This document shows, one piece after another, positions 1-11,896 of a stretch of DNA of 64,000 nt. The notes beneath the pieces are model-generated. The model saw nothing but the letters and a program-made list of their open reading frames with translations. It had not been told where the DNA came from and did not search any database. The stretch comes from the human T2T-CHM13v2.0 reference genome, Homo sapiens, in assembly GCA_009914755.4 (NCBI GenBank), contig CP086569.2, forward strand, positions 16,064,001-16,128,000, given 5' to 3'. Each line of letters begins with the position of its first letter. The first letter of the stretch is position 1. Both the position numbers and the translations under genes were made by a program.

Positions 1-563
1 TTCGGGAAGTTCTCCTGCATAACTTCCTGCAGAGTGTTTTCCAACTTGGTTCCATTCTCCCCGTCACTTTCAGGTACACCAATTAGATGTAGATTTGGTA
101 TTTTCACATAGTCTCATGTTTCTTGGAGGCTGTGTTTTTTTCTTTTTATTCTTTTTTCTCTAATCTTTCCTTCTCGCTTCATTTCATTCATTTTATCTTC
201 CATCGCTGATACCTTTTCTACCAGTTGATCGCATAGGCTTCTGCAGCTTCTGCATTCTTCACGTAGTTCTTGAGCCTTGGCTTTCAGCTCCATCATCTCC
301 TTTAAGCACTTCTCTGTATTGGTTATTCTAGTTATACAGTAGTCTAAATTTTTTACAAAGTTTTTATCTTCTTTGCCTTTGGTTTGAATTTCCTCCTGTA
401 GCTCGGAATAGTTTGATTGTCTGAAGCTTTCTTCTCTCAACTCATCAAAGTCATTCTCCATCCAGCTTTATTCCATTGCTGGTGAGGAACTGCATTCTTT
501 TGGATGAGGGGAGGTGCTCTGCTTTTTAGAGTTTCCAGTTTTTCTACTCTGTTTTTTCCCCAT
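1..563 (-). pseudogene. L1 ORF1 remnant, disrupted. The ATG is at 563-561. An in-frame TAA at 470-468 replaces the conserved Gln (reads PAME*SWMENDF). A second stop lies near 113-111.
   Basis: Six-frame track ORFs 468..662 and 114..461 are in the same frame and separated only by the stop. The protein matches the L1 ORF1p coiled-coil region. Confidence 0.85.
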
Positions 564-1597
564 CTTTGTGGTTTTATCTACTTTTGGTCTTTGATGATGG
601 TGATGTACAGATGGGTTTTTGGTGTGGATGTCCTTTCTGTTTGTTAGTTTTCTTTCTAACATACAGGACCCTCAGCTGCAGGTCTGTTGGAGTTTGCTAG
701 AGGTCCCCTCCAGACCCTGTTTGCCTGGGTACCAGCAGCGGTGGCTGCAGAACAGCGGATTTTCATGAACTGTGAATGCTGCTGTCTGATCGTTCCTCTG
801 GAAGTTTTGTCTTAGTGGAGTACCTGACCATGTGAGGTGTCAGTCTGACCCTACTGGGGGGTATCTCCCAGTTAGGCTGCTTGGGGGTCAGTGGTCAGGG
901 ACCCACTTGAGGAGGCAGTCTGCCCATTCTCAGATCTCAAGCTGCGTGCTGGGAGAACCACTGCTCTCTTCACAGCTGTCAGACAGGGACATTTAAGTCT
1001 GCAGAGGTTACTGCTGCCTTTTTGTTTGTCTGTGCCCTGCCCCCAGAGATGGAGCCTACAGAGGCAGGCAGGCTTCCTTGAGCTGTGGTGGGTTCCACCC
1101 AGTTCCAGTTTCCCAGCTGGTTTGTTTACCTAAGCAAGCCTGGGCAATGGCGGGTGCCCCTCCCACAGCCTCACTGCCTTGAAGTTTGATCTCAGACTGT
1201 TGTGATAGCAATCAGTGAGACTCCATGGGCATAGGACCCTCCGAGCCATGTGTGGGATATAATCTCCTGGTGCACCGTCTTTTAAGCCTGTCGGAAAAGT
1301 GCAGTATTAGGGTGGGAGTGACCCAGTTTTCCAGGTGCCGTCTGTCTCCCCTTTCTTTGACTAGGAAAGGGAACTCCCTGACCCCTTACACTTCCCAAGT
1401 GAAGCAATGCCTCACCCTGCTTGGGCTCATGCACAGTGTGCTGCACACACTGTCCTGCACCCACTGTCTGGCACTCCCTATTAAGCTGAACCTGTTACCT
1501 CAGATGGAAATGCAGAAATCACCCATCTTCTGCATTGCTCAAGCTGGGAGCTGTAGACCGGAGCTGCTCCTATTTGGCCATCTTGGCTCCAGCCCCC
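1..1597 (-). mobile_element. LINE-1 (L1PA-type), 5' portion: about 1.03 kb of 5'UTR plus the N-terminal part of ORF1. The L1 5' terminus is at 1597 and the element continues left, beyond the window.
   Basis: The reverse complement of 1561-1597 reads gggggctggagccaagatggccaaataggagcagctcc, which is the canonical L1 5' end with its YY1 box. The minus-strand translation at 563 downward gives MGKKQSRKTGNSKKQSTSPHPKE..SWMENDFDELRE..CITRITNTEKCLKE, matching ORF1p. Confidence 0.93.
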
Positions 1598-3149
1598 ACA
1601 GATACCTATTTCTAATGCAGGGTTTTGTGACAACAAAAGGAATTGTACATGTACAATGTACAATCTCCACAAGTACAAATGAATAATTGTACAACTTCCA
1701 AAATTCCATTTAGCCTATATATGACAACTAGAGGAATTACTGAGTTGATAAATGTTATAGTGTGGAGTAAAAATTCTGCAGATTATGTGCCTAATACATT
1801 ACCTGGTTTAATGTTTACAAATGTTTAGAAATGCTGTAAATGTTTATATATTCTATAAATGTTTATAAATTATAGTTTATAAAGTCAAAAGCTTAAGGCA
1901 GAAATTAAGTTTCAGTATCTGCTGTGAGTTGAACTGTGTGATTTCTTTCCTTTTTCTTTCTGCAAAAATGATCACAACCAAAACGGCACATGTAAATTTC
2001 CTGACATTTAGTCATTAGAAATTGCTTTGTACTTCATTTTAATATCTGACATATAATCCATAATGTCACAGAATATGGCAGATTTTGGGGTCTCCCCCTT
2101 GTTTAGTATTTTATTTATAAAATAAAATTTTGGAAGTTGTATTTTATATATGGTCTAATGAACAATTTGAACTCTGAGTAAACTTTTTGATGTTCAAGTT
2201 TACCTTGCACTTTATATGTTAGAAGTTCTGAAATATGCTATGAGAATCCCCTTCCAGGGTAAGTCCCAAAATTCCTTGATAGATGCAGATTCTCAATGAA
2301 GCCAACATTAAGCTACTTCCAGGGACCTACCGGGTCCACCTTCCAAGCTGCTTGGTTCTAATGAGGCCGAGGCCATGTGTGCCATACAGTGGTTCCTCAC
2401 AGCTGCCTCTCTGATCACCTAAGTCAGCTCCCCTTTTATATCTCACACAAGTGGCTTTAACTCAAAGAACATAAGTTTGACATCTGACTGGAAGATTAGC
2501 TGGAAAAAAATGTAAGTTTAGGTTTCTGAGCTGTTCAGTCAAGAAGAAAAGAAGGAGATCATAATAAACATTTAGAGATTAATACATGTTCAAAGAGACA
2601 ACTCAAGTTTTCATCCACAGCTAGAGGTACCTTTTGCACCTTCTGTGACTGCAGAAGCCAGATATTAATGAAAAGTCACAGCTGGTCAGACTAGGGATCA
2701 ATGTCATGCTCACTTCACAGCTTCTATTCAGACACATGACTTATCTTTACTCAGAAACAAATCATTACAAATGCTGGTGCCTGCTGTACAGCTATTGTGG
2801 CAGCAAATGTCTTTTTTTATTTTCTTCCCATTTCTTTATTCTCTATCTCAATAAGCAACAATCCCTACAAGCAGCTGACTTTCATATAACAGAGTCAGCA
2901 TTACATATTTACCAACTTGGCAACATTCAGGCTCTGTGTGTCCATATGGATCTTAGAAGTATTTTCACTACCTCACTATCTCACAATTGGTCAGCTACAT
3001 TGATGCTGATGGAGCTGGAAGCTTAGTAGGTAGCAATATTTGAGGTACATGTGTAAAGATTGATGCTTGCCACAGAATGGATGATAAAGACTAAGTCTTT
3101 GTTATCAAATACCACAGACTAGGTGGATTAAAAAAAAAAAAACAGAAAT

Positions 3150-3460
3150 TTGTTTTTTCATAGTCCTGGAGGCTGGAATTCTAAGATCAAGGTATGGGCT
3201 GCTCTGTTTCCTCCTAAGGCCTCCCTCCTGGACTTGCAGACTCTATCTTCTCCCTGTGTCCTCACATGGTTGTCCCTCTCTGTTTGTGCCCTAATCTTTT
3301 TATAAGGACACCTGTCCTGTAGGATTAGGGCCCATCCTAATGATCTCATTTAAGCTTAATTATCTCTTAAAAAGCCCTGTCTTTAAATACAGTCCCCTCG
3401 GGGGTAAGAGCTTCAACATGAATTTTAGGGAGACACAAAGCAGCCCATACCAGTCCATGA
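3150..3460. repeat. Ancient interspersed repeat. I recognise the motif from other loci but cannot resolve the family (LTR/MER class).
   Basis: Contains the characteristic motif ...ctggaggctggaattctaagatcaaggt...tttataaggacacctgtcctgtaggattagggcccatcctaatgatctcatttaagcttaattatctc... Confidence 0.4.
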
Positions 3461-4149
3461 AAGGTCAGTATTCTAAACGCTCTGTGAAATATCTTATCAT
3501 CCACAACCATGCAGCATACCCTTCATTTCACCTGGAAGTAAAAGTGAACAGAAATTCGTATTCTTACTACTATACACGCTGGCAGACTTTGCTTGGTGCC
3601 CAGTGGGAGAAAAGCTTACCACTTGTTTTGTTTACAGAACAAACACCTTTTGCTTGTAAGCTCTGTCACCCAGCAGATTTACTGTTGTGTTAAGTGCATA
3701 TAACAGATCATGATTCTGATAGGATTAGTAGAAAGCCCCACTAGGATCATTATAATTAAATCTCTCATTTGTGTAAGGAAATGTTATGCCATCTTTGCAG
3801 TCTTCTCATTTTGGATAAAAGCTGCCTGCTTTTTAAAGGGTCCTGGTAGAGATTGTTCAGCTCACTATCAGAGTCCTGTTGTCAGTCATGCATCTTGAGG
3901 TACACATCAGAAAGTGGGTGTTTTCCATCCCAAGAAAGAAGTGAGCCCATGGACACCATTATGAAGGGGAATTAGCTGTATAAAGTAGGGATCAGACAAG
4001 TCTAGCAGACATAAATTGTTTGAAAAAGCAAAATGTTCACATTTACCAATGTGCCTTCTCTTGCATGTGACCTCCTCATTACCACAAGGAAAGATAAAAA
4101 TGATCATGTGTTTCTCCAGTGAAACAGAACTAATAGGAGATAAGTAATT

Positions 4150-4340
4150 GGATAGATGAACACACGGATAGCTAGCTAGATGGATGGATGGATGGATGAA
4201 TGGATAGATGGATGGATGGATGGATGAATCATAGATGGATAGATGAATGAATAAATGAATGAATGAATGGAAAGATGGATGAATGACTAAACAGACAGAC
4301 AGATAGGTGATGAATAGATAGATAGTATGATAGATATTCT
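4150..4340 (+). repeat. Composite (GGAT)n/(GAAT)n/(GATA)n/(GACA)n microsatellite.
   Basis: Reads ggatggatggatggatgaatggatagatgg...gaatgaatgaatgg...acagacagacagatag. Confidence 0.95.
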
Positions 4341-4604
4341 TTATTATAATAAGTGTCTCACATGGTTATAGAGGCTTAGAAGTCCCACAACCTGCTGACT
4401 GGAAACTGAGAACCAGAAAACCCTGTAATGTAATTCAGTCCAAGTCTGAAGGTGATGATATCTGAGGTCAGGAGGAAATGGATATTCTAGCTTAAAAATA
4501 GAGACTGAATTCACCCTTCCTCTGGCATTTTGTTCCGGCTGGACACTCAACAAACTGGATGAGGCCTATTGACTCTGGTGAGGGTGGATCTTCTTTACCC
4601 ACTG

Positions 4605-4961
4605 TGTCAGTCTTCTCTCACACTGCTATAGGGATGTATCAAAGACTAGGTAATTTATAAAGGAAAAAGGTATAATTAACTCCCAGTTCTACATGCCTGG
4701 GGAGGCCTCACAATCATGATGGAAGTTGAATGAGGAGAAAAGTCACATCTTACATTGCAGGAGAAAAGACTGTATGCAGGGAAACTCCCCCTTATAAAAC
4801 CATCAGATCTCATGAAACTTACTATCACAAGAATGACATGGGAAAGACCTGGATGTCATGATTCAATTACTTCCCAGCAGGTCCCTCCCACAACTCTCAG
4901 GAATTATGGGAGCTATAATTCAAGGATGAGTTTAAGGTGGGAACACAGTGAAACCATATCA
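4605..4961 (-). mobile_element. MaLR (ERVL-MaLR) solo LTR of THE1/MST type.
   Basis: Ends ...ggtgggaacacagtgaaaccatatca, the reverse complement of the THE1 5' end tgatatggtttggctgtg. Internal ggctggggaggcctcacaatcatg and ataaaaccatcagatctcatgaaact motifs are present. Confidence 0.8.
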
Positions 4962-5594
4962 CCCAGTCTACTGATTCTAATGCTAATGTCTTCCAGAAAC
5001 ACTCTCAGAGACGCTCACAAATAATGTTTTACCAGCTGTCTGTGCATCCGTTAGGTCAGCTAAGCTGACACATTCAATTAGCCATTACATCAGGTAACAA
5101 AGAAATGACATATTTACACCAGATTTAGATAGAAAGACATACTCTACAAATCATGCTTACATTATTAGGACCATTTTATTGCTCCAAAACAATGAGATAT
5201 GAGGAGATAAAATGATGCTTATTGCAGTGTAGCAACAGAATGGATGTTCAGAAGGACAACTGGGTGTTTACTGGAACAAATAAAACCTACCTGCAGCCAG
5301 AGAAACATCACAGGTGGCATATAGAGAAGTAATAATTAGATCAATTCCTAGATTTTTCATCAGTAACATTAAGAAGTCATACAATGCAAATGATGAAAGA
5401 AATTTTCTGTCAATATAAAATTCAAAAACAGTAAAGAATATCCTTCAAAACATTGTACCAGTAAGTGCACGTTTAAACAGAAAAGTCCTGAGACAGTGTA
5501 TCCGCCATGGTAGCATAATAGAAATTTTATGAGTGGGAGAAATGGATGACAGTAAAATGAAAACATTGCAATGTGTATACTCAGAAACAAGGAA

Positions 5595-5625
5595 AGATAG
5601 ATAGATGATAGATAGATAGATAGAC

Positions 5626-5708
<83 letters not shown>

Positions 5709-5716
5709 TAGATAGA
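5595..5716 (+). repeat. (GATA)n with an embedded (GACA)n run.
   Basis: Reads agatagatag...gacagacagacagacagacagacagatagatag. Confidence 0.97.
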
Positions 5717-6127
5717 ATATATTATGGGGTACCAAAATGCAGGGCCCAAAAATGTGTAAAATATATGTGTGAATGTAATAAACCTAATATCCATGGATTA
5801 CGATGTTCTGTGATATTGAAGTCTGTCTTCTGAAACATGTATGATTCAGAAACATCATTTCCCATCCCATCCCCTTTATTTTTCATTTATTGGTTCACTT
5901 GGCTATCATTTTGTACACAGACCAATACTGGAGTCTCTGTCCTCAAAATATCTTTCTAACTGTTATGCATTAGGGGAGAACCTTTGGATAACCATATGTT
6001 CCAGGTACCTGGGCCAATTCTGGTGTATACCTCTTGTTCCAGCATAAGAGGTAATAGTTATTTCTCTCCAACAGGTGTTCCAGTATGTATATTACAAATT
6101 CATTCTGTGGAAAAACACCAGGATTGA

Positions 6128-6423
6128 CCGGGTGAGGTGGCTCACACCTATAATCCCAGCACTTTGGGAGGCTGAGGTCGGTGGATCACGAGGTCAGGAG
6201 TTCGAGACCAGACTGGCCCACATAGCGAAACCTTGTCTCTACTAAAAATACAAAAATTAGCCGGGCATTGTGTTGTATGCCTGTAATCCCAGCCACTCAG
6301 GAAGCCAAGGCAGGAGAATTGCCTGAACTGGGGAGACAGAGGTTGCAGTGAGCCAAGATCATGCCCCTGCACTCCAGCCTGGGTGATAGAGGGAGGCTTC
6401 TTCTCAGAAAAAAAAAGAAAAGA
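6128..6423 (+). mobile_element. Alu with an A-rich tail.
   Basis: Reads ccgggtgaggtggctcacacctataatcccagcactttgggaggctgag... Flanked by the TSD gaaaaacacca at 6110-6120 and gaaaaacacaa at 6536-6546. Confidence 0.93.
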
Positions 6424-6535
6424 AAAGGGAAGGGAAGGGAAGGGAAGGGAAGGGAAGGGAAGGGAAGGGAAGGGAAAGGAAGAGAAGGGAAGGGAAAGGA
6501 GAAGCAAAGCAAAGCAAAGCAAAGCAAAGCAAAGA
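6424..6535 (+). repeat. (GGGAA)n about 14 units, then (AAAGC)n about 6 units. Both derive from the Alu A-tail because both lie inside the Alu TSD.
   Basis: Reads gggaagggaagggaag...caaagcaaagcaaagc, and sits between the Alu body and the second TSD copy. Confidence 0.9.
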
Positions 6536-6642
6536 TGAAAAACACAAACATTAACTTTGCAATTCCAAATGGTTGAAATCAAATCCCTTCAGTTTATCTG
6601 GGACTCATTAAAAACTGTTAGAATTTTAGATGAAATCGACTA

Positions 6643-6742
6643 GGCTGGCCAGACTCAATAGCTCATGCCCGTAGTTTCAGCATTTTGGGAGGTCAAAGTG
6701 GGAGAATTGCTTGAAACCAGGAGTTTGAGAACAGACTAGACA
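6643..6742 (+). mobile_element. Alu fragment (left-monomer-like).
   Basis: Reads ggctggccagactcaatagctcatgcccgtagtttcagcattttgggaggtcaaagtgggagaattgcttgaaaccaggagtttgag. Confidence 0.75.
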
Positions 6743-6820
6743 ACTGTACTAGTCCTTTCTCATGCTACTAATAAAGACATGCCCAAGACTGGGTAATGTA
6801 TAAAGAAAAGAGGTTTATTG
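6743..6820 (-). mobile_element. MaLR LTR, 3' part. The same LTR continues at 7587-7880, split by an L1 insertion.
   Basis: Reads ctaataaagacatgcccaagactgggtaatgtataaagaaaagaggtttattg. Confidence 0.75.
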
Positions 6821-7586
6821 GCTGCATAAATGTCTTCTTTTGAGAAGTGGCTGTTCATGTCCTTTGCCCACATTTTTATGGGCTTGTTTTTTTCTTGTAA
6901 ATTTGTTTGAGTTCATTGTAGATTCTGGATATTAGCCGTTTGTCAGATGAGTAGGTTGCGAAAATTTTCTTCAACCATTGTGGAAGTCAGTGTGGTGATT
7001 CTTCAGGGATCTAGAACTAGAAATACCATTTGACCCAGCCATCCCATTACTGGGTATATACCCAAAGGACTATAAATCATGCTGCTATAAAGACACATGC
7101 ACACGTATGTTTATTGCAGCACTATTCACAATAGCAAAGACTTGGAACCAACCCAAATGTCCAACAATGATAGACTGGATTAAGAAAATGTGGCACATAT
7201 ACACCATGGAATACTATCCAGCCATAAAAAATGATGAGTTCATGTCCTTTGTAGTGACATGGATGAAATTGGAAATCATGATTCTCAGTAAACTATTGCA
7301 AGAACAAAAAACCAAACACCGCATATTCTCCCTCATAGGTGGGAACTGAACAATGAGAACACATGGACACAGGAAGGGGAACATCACACTCTGGGGAATG
7401 TTGTGGGGTTGGGGGAGGAGGGAGGGGTAGCAATGGGAGATATACCTAATGCTAGATGACAAGTTAGTGGGTGCAGCGCACCAGCATGGCACATGTATAT
7501 ATGTAACTAACCTGCACGTTGTGCACATGTACCCTAAAACTTAAAGTACAATAATAAAAAAAAAAGAAAGAAAGAAAAAAAAAAAA
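6821..7586 (+). mobile_element. L1PA 3'-end insertion with a 5' inversion. Segment 6821-6970 is in minus orientation. Segment 6971-7586 is in plus orientation and carries the ORF2 C-terminus, 3'UTR and poly-A.
   Basis: 6821 onward reads ggctgcataaatgtcttcttttgagaag, the reverse complement of the ORF2 region encoding EDIYAAKKHM. 6971 onward reads tcaaccattgtggaagtcag...ccattactgggtatatacccaaagg and translates to [39 protein letters not shown]. Poly-A at about 7556-7586. TSD aaaagaggtttattg at 6806-6820 and aaaagaggtttaattg at 7583-7598. Confidence 0.88.
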
Positions 7587-7880
7587 GAGGTTTAATTGAC
7601 AGTTCCATGTGGCTGGGGAGGCCTCAGGAAACTTACAGTCATGGTGCAGGGGGAAGCAAACACATCCTCCTTCACATGGTGGCAGCAAGAAGTCCAGATC
7701 AATTGTGAGAAAAGTCCCTATAAAACCATCAGATCTTGTGAAAACTCACTCACTATCACAAGAACAGCATGAGTGTAACCCGTCATTAAATTACATTCCA
7801 CCAGGTCTCTCCCAGGGCATGGGATTATGAGAATTACAATTCTAGATAGATTTGGGTGGGGACACAGTCAAACCATATCA
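7587..7880 (-). mobile_element. MaLR (THE1/MST-type) LTR, 5' part, continuing the split LTR from 6743-6820.
   Basis: Reads agaggtttaattgacagttccatgtggctggggaggcctcaggaaacttacagtcatggt...gatttgggtggggacacagtcaaaccatatca. Confidence 0.8.
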
Positions 7881-7883
7881 GAA

Positions 7884-8100
7884 ACATAGCAAGACCCATT
7901 CTCTACAAAAATACAAAAACTAGCTGCTTGTGGTGGCTCATGTCTGTAGTCCGAGCTACCTGGTAGGAAGGTGAAGTGGGAGGATCACTTGAGCCCAGGA
8001 GGCAGAGGTTGGAGTGAGCTGGGTTCACACCACTGCACTCCAGCATGAGCGACAGAGAGAGATCCTGCCCCAAAAAATACATACATAAATAAATAAATAA
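7884..8100 (+). mobile_element. 5'-truncated Alu (mostly right arm) with an A-rich tail.
   Basis: Reads aacatagcaagacccattctctacaaaaatacaaaaactagctgcttgtggtggctcatgtctgtagtcc...cactgcactccagcatgagcgacagag. Confidence 0.85.
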
Positions 8101-8146
8101 TTAATTAGTGAGGCAGAATATGGTCCCTCTTAATGTTGCCTGTATA

Positions 8147-8189
<43 letters not shown>
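8147..8189 (+). repeat. (AC)n about 21 units.
   Basis: Reads cacacacacac... Confidence 0.98.
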
Positions 8190-8194
<5 letters not shown>

Positions 8195-8909
8195 TTTCTA
8201 CCACCAAAGCCTCTCACCACTCTCATTACTGAATGAAGAAATAGACTATGAAGAAGAGGACCTTCATCATTTGATCATAGTAATATAAGCCTATCTTGTG
8301 GCCAAAAACTAGCTGTCATACCCCAGACAAAAGATTCTTAGTTGCATGAGTTGGACTTCAAACTATCTCCAAGTTCCATACGTCCTTTTCAGTGTAAGAA
8401 ACTTATCATTATTTTTCCTTCACAAATTTAGATATACATTCCAAATATTTTAAAGGAAGGAAAGTGGTTATTTTTAAACCTTTTTTATTACAGGGAAATT
8501 GAATCAAAATAGTAGGCAGCAATGTAAAATGATTTGTCTGAAAGAGGTTTTAATAAAACATGTGGCATTAGTAACAGCAATAGCTGTGAAAGCTTTTTTG
8601 AGTAATTCTTGACAATTCCATACCACAAAGTCCAGCTCCTCTTCCTTTGCTGCAGAGCTTTTTAAAGTCAGACATGAATCAGAGTTCTAGAAGCACTGAT
8701 ACCAGTTGGTGAAGTCCTGTGACATGTTTTATTATTCTGCTTGGAAAAGAAAAAGGACCCTTAAAATAGAAATTGGTGAGAGGACCACTCATCAGTGCTC
8801 AGCTAGTATTACTCTATGAATTATGCACGTAATTTTCTTTATAGGTTTTACATAATCGTCCCATTTTGAGCAAAAATGTGAACTGACCAGCAAAAATGTT
8901 AAACATCCA

Positions 8910-8943
8910 AAAAAAAAAGAAAGGAAGAAAGGAAGAAGAACGA

Positions 8944-8991
<48 letters not shown>

Positions 8992-9027
8992 AAAAGAGAA
9001 AGAAAAGAAAGAAAGAGAGAAAGAAAG
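8910..9027 (+). repeat. (AAAG)n microsatellite with an A-run and an AGGAAG lead-in.
   Basis: Reads gaaagaaagaaag... repeated about 25 times. Confidence 0.97.
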
Positions 9028-10281
9028 CTGAACACAGTATTAAGGGAAACAACTTGAATGAATTTCTGAGTTTGGGATTGCAATCTTGTAGGTCTCAGAC
9101 AACATTGCTGGTTGGCAGAGGGTTCACAGTCTGCGATTAATTTATAATATATCAAAGCTGCATGAGTCTGTATGAATACATACAACTGGTGTCCATGGTT
9201 TCTGCTCACTTCTACAAGACTCGATGTCCTTAGGAGAGCAAACTGATACTTTTATATATGCTTAATTAACATGATAGGAAAAGCTTTTATTTTTTCCCTA
9301 TTCAATATATCCTTATAATTAGACACTACTACAATTAATTTTTCACCTGTAAAGTAATAGCTTTTGTTTAAAGCTAGATAATTAAATCTGAATACAATTT
9401 GTGGTTGCAGAATCTAGAAAAACAAGACCCCCCTTTTAAATTTATGCATTAGTTTATTTTATAAAAATATACTCTAAACATTATAAACTCATTTCTAGAA
9501 TGTTTGCCTATTTGCTTGAAATGTATTGGATAATATATTCCATTTCACAGGATACTATTTCTTCTCAGATCTCTATTTTGGTTTTACATAGATTTGTTTC
9601 CAGTTTAAAAAAATCATTCAGTTAAAGTAATGATGGCTTCTTATTTCTAGCAGAAAGAATAACATTTATCTAAAACAAATTTTATAAAATACAAAAATAG
9701 CATTTATTTCATTGAGTAAACAAACTTTTTTATATTTTAAGATAAATCTCAAGTACCAAACTTTTAGAATCTGAACATTTCATTATTTGTACATCAAAAT
9801 AACATTATGTAAAAATTCCATGTAAAAATATATTATACCCTGAAAGTCTAACAAAACCACTTAGTCACTCTTTTGCACTAAATAACATATAGATAGGTTT
9901 TTAATCTTGCAATTATGTAATAAAATAAGGGTGTCTATCCTGTAAACAAACCAAGATGAGTTATTTTGACTCCAAGGAAATGAGATGTTTTAAAATAAAT
10001 GTAATTATTTGTTGGAGATAAATGAACATGACACTCAAAAAAACCTTTAATTTTCTGATCTCCCTTGTCATTTTGTGTCATGCGTTTAATGAGAAGAGCT
10101 GATAGATGTCAAATTTTCTAGATGCTCATAAGACTGAATAATACAGTGGGTTTTTTTTTTAACCTGAAGTATTTTAGTAAATGAATTCAGGTCACAAAGC
10201 TTCCATTGTGTTTGCCATTTATAGTAACAGAGGCCGATACTGTATGTGAATTGAAGTTCTGCTTATTTTTTTAACCTGTAC

Positions 10282-10490
10282 AGGTAATAATAATAATTGT
10301 TATTATATACAACACAATTAATAATCATTATTATACAAATGTATAATTGCATTATATAAGGATATATTATACAATGACAAATAATATAATTATAACATAA
10401 TATATTGTATTACATAAGTATCTGTAATATAATACACATAATAATATAACAATATTATATACTTACATATGATGATCATTATAGAAACAA
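10282..10490. repeat. AT-rich low-complexity block (ATAAT/TATAA-like) with many short inverted repeats.
   Basis: Reads ataataataattgttattatatacaacacaattaataatcattattatac...ataatataacaatattatatac. Confidence 0.85.
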
Positions 10491-11896
10491 CAAATATCTC
10501 TTGAACATTTATCTTATACTCGTCGTTTCAAAGTATGTTATATGAATTTGCACTTTTAATCTTCACTACAAATATATAAGGTGAAGGAAAGTATAGTTCA
10601 AATTTAAAAATAAGAAAACATAGAAACAGAGAGCTAGATAAACTGCTGGAGATACCGACCTTCATCACATACAGAGATTTGATATCATAATTGAATTCCT
10701 TTTCATGATTAAAAAAGTTGCTATATCATGATTTACATCTATGAAAAATGCAAGTAATTATCATTTACTCTTTGCCCAGAAAATTCCTACAGTTGAGTTG
10801 TTCAATCAACAAACTGTATTGATTGAACTGCAGAAAGAATAGCCAGTCATGCTATCGTAAGTTTATCTTATGGGTGTAACTTTTCCCTTGCATCTCACTT
10901 TATCATTAATTGCCTAAAATGCAACCATTATCTGTATTTATTTCATTATGTTTAACACATCAGAAGAATACCTACTTATGAGAATTGTGCAAAAAGAGAA
11001 CAAAGATCACAAAAAGATTTGACCTGTGTAGCTATTTGAAGACCTAATGGTGCCGTTTTTGTGAATGATGGCTTTCCAAACTTATTCCCTGATAAACCTG
11101 TGGTTTAACAATTTGGCATAACCTATTTGTTGTAGCCATAACTTGGTGTATGATTAAACATGAATTTTTAATTTGGTAGTTGTGGTGCAAACTGCTGAGA
11201 TACTGAAATACAATATTAAAGCAAGTCAGAAACTTCACCCTACAATCTATTTGTTATCCTCTAATTTTACAGAGCATGCTCATTTCCTCTTCATGTTATT
11301 TCCAATCAACTACATGCTATGTAAAGGAAAGTTGGGCCTTACAAAGAAGCAAATACCTGTTTTCACTGTTTGGGGGCTTCTGTGAACTGTTTCTAATTTA
11401 TCCATTAGACCTTGCAATGGAGAAATGAAAGAAAAGAAATAATTTTGAAATTGGGTTGACCAAACAGAGGAATAAAATAGATTCAAATTTTAGTTTATTC
11501 TTAAGCAGAAATAACCAATCAGGTAATATGAATGTGCCCATATTATGCTGTAGCATAATGTAGACATAATTTTGGCTTGACTTTTGATGGTAAAAGTTAA
11601 CAGGCACAAAAGTAATATAGCTATTAAGGGACTTGGAGAGTAGGTGGGGCAAACAAGGCAAAAATAAAAGTGTAGATATAATGCAGGTCAGTGTCCATCT
11701 AGTCAGTGTAGCCAAGATGGAAGAGAATACAGTAGAAAAGAAATCCCAGACATTATACCAGGCATAGAAGTTGAGGCAGAAGAAGAAAACCTGAACAAGA
11801 AGCCCTGGAACCTGCCCCCTGCCTCCAGGGCAGAAAGAACAATAGCACAATGTGGCTGATTTCACAGTGAGAATGAAACAGTTTGCTGCTTAAGGT

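Noticed and set aside
3150-3460. Considered assigning the repeat at 3150-3460 to a named family (MLT1/MER).
   Set aside because: I recognise the motif from other loci but cannot recall the family with confidence, so I report it as an unresolved ancient repeat.
4605-7880. Initially read the elements ending in ...ccaaaccatatca as old L1 3' ends.
   Set aside because: The reverse complement of that end is the THE1/MST LTR 5' end (tgatatggtttggctgtg...), and the internal motifs match MaLR LTRs. I reclassified all such copies as ERVL-MaLR solo LTRs.
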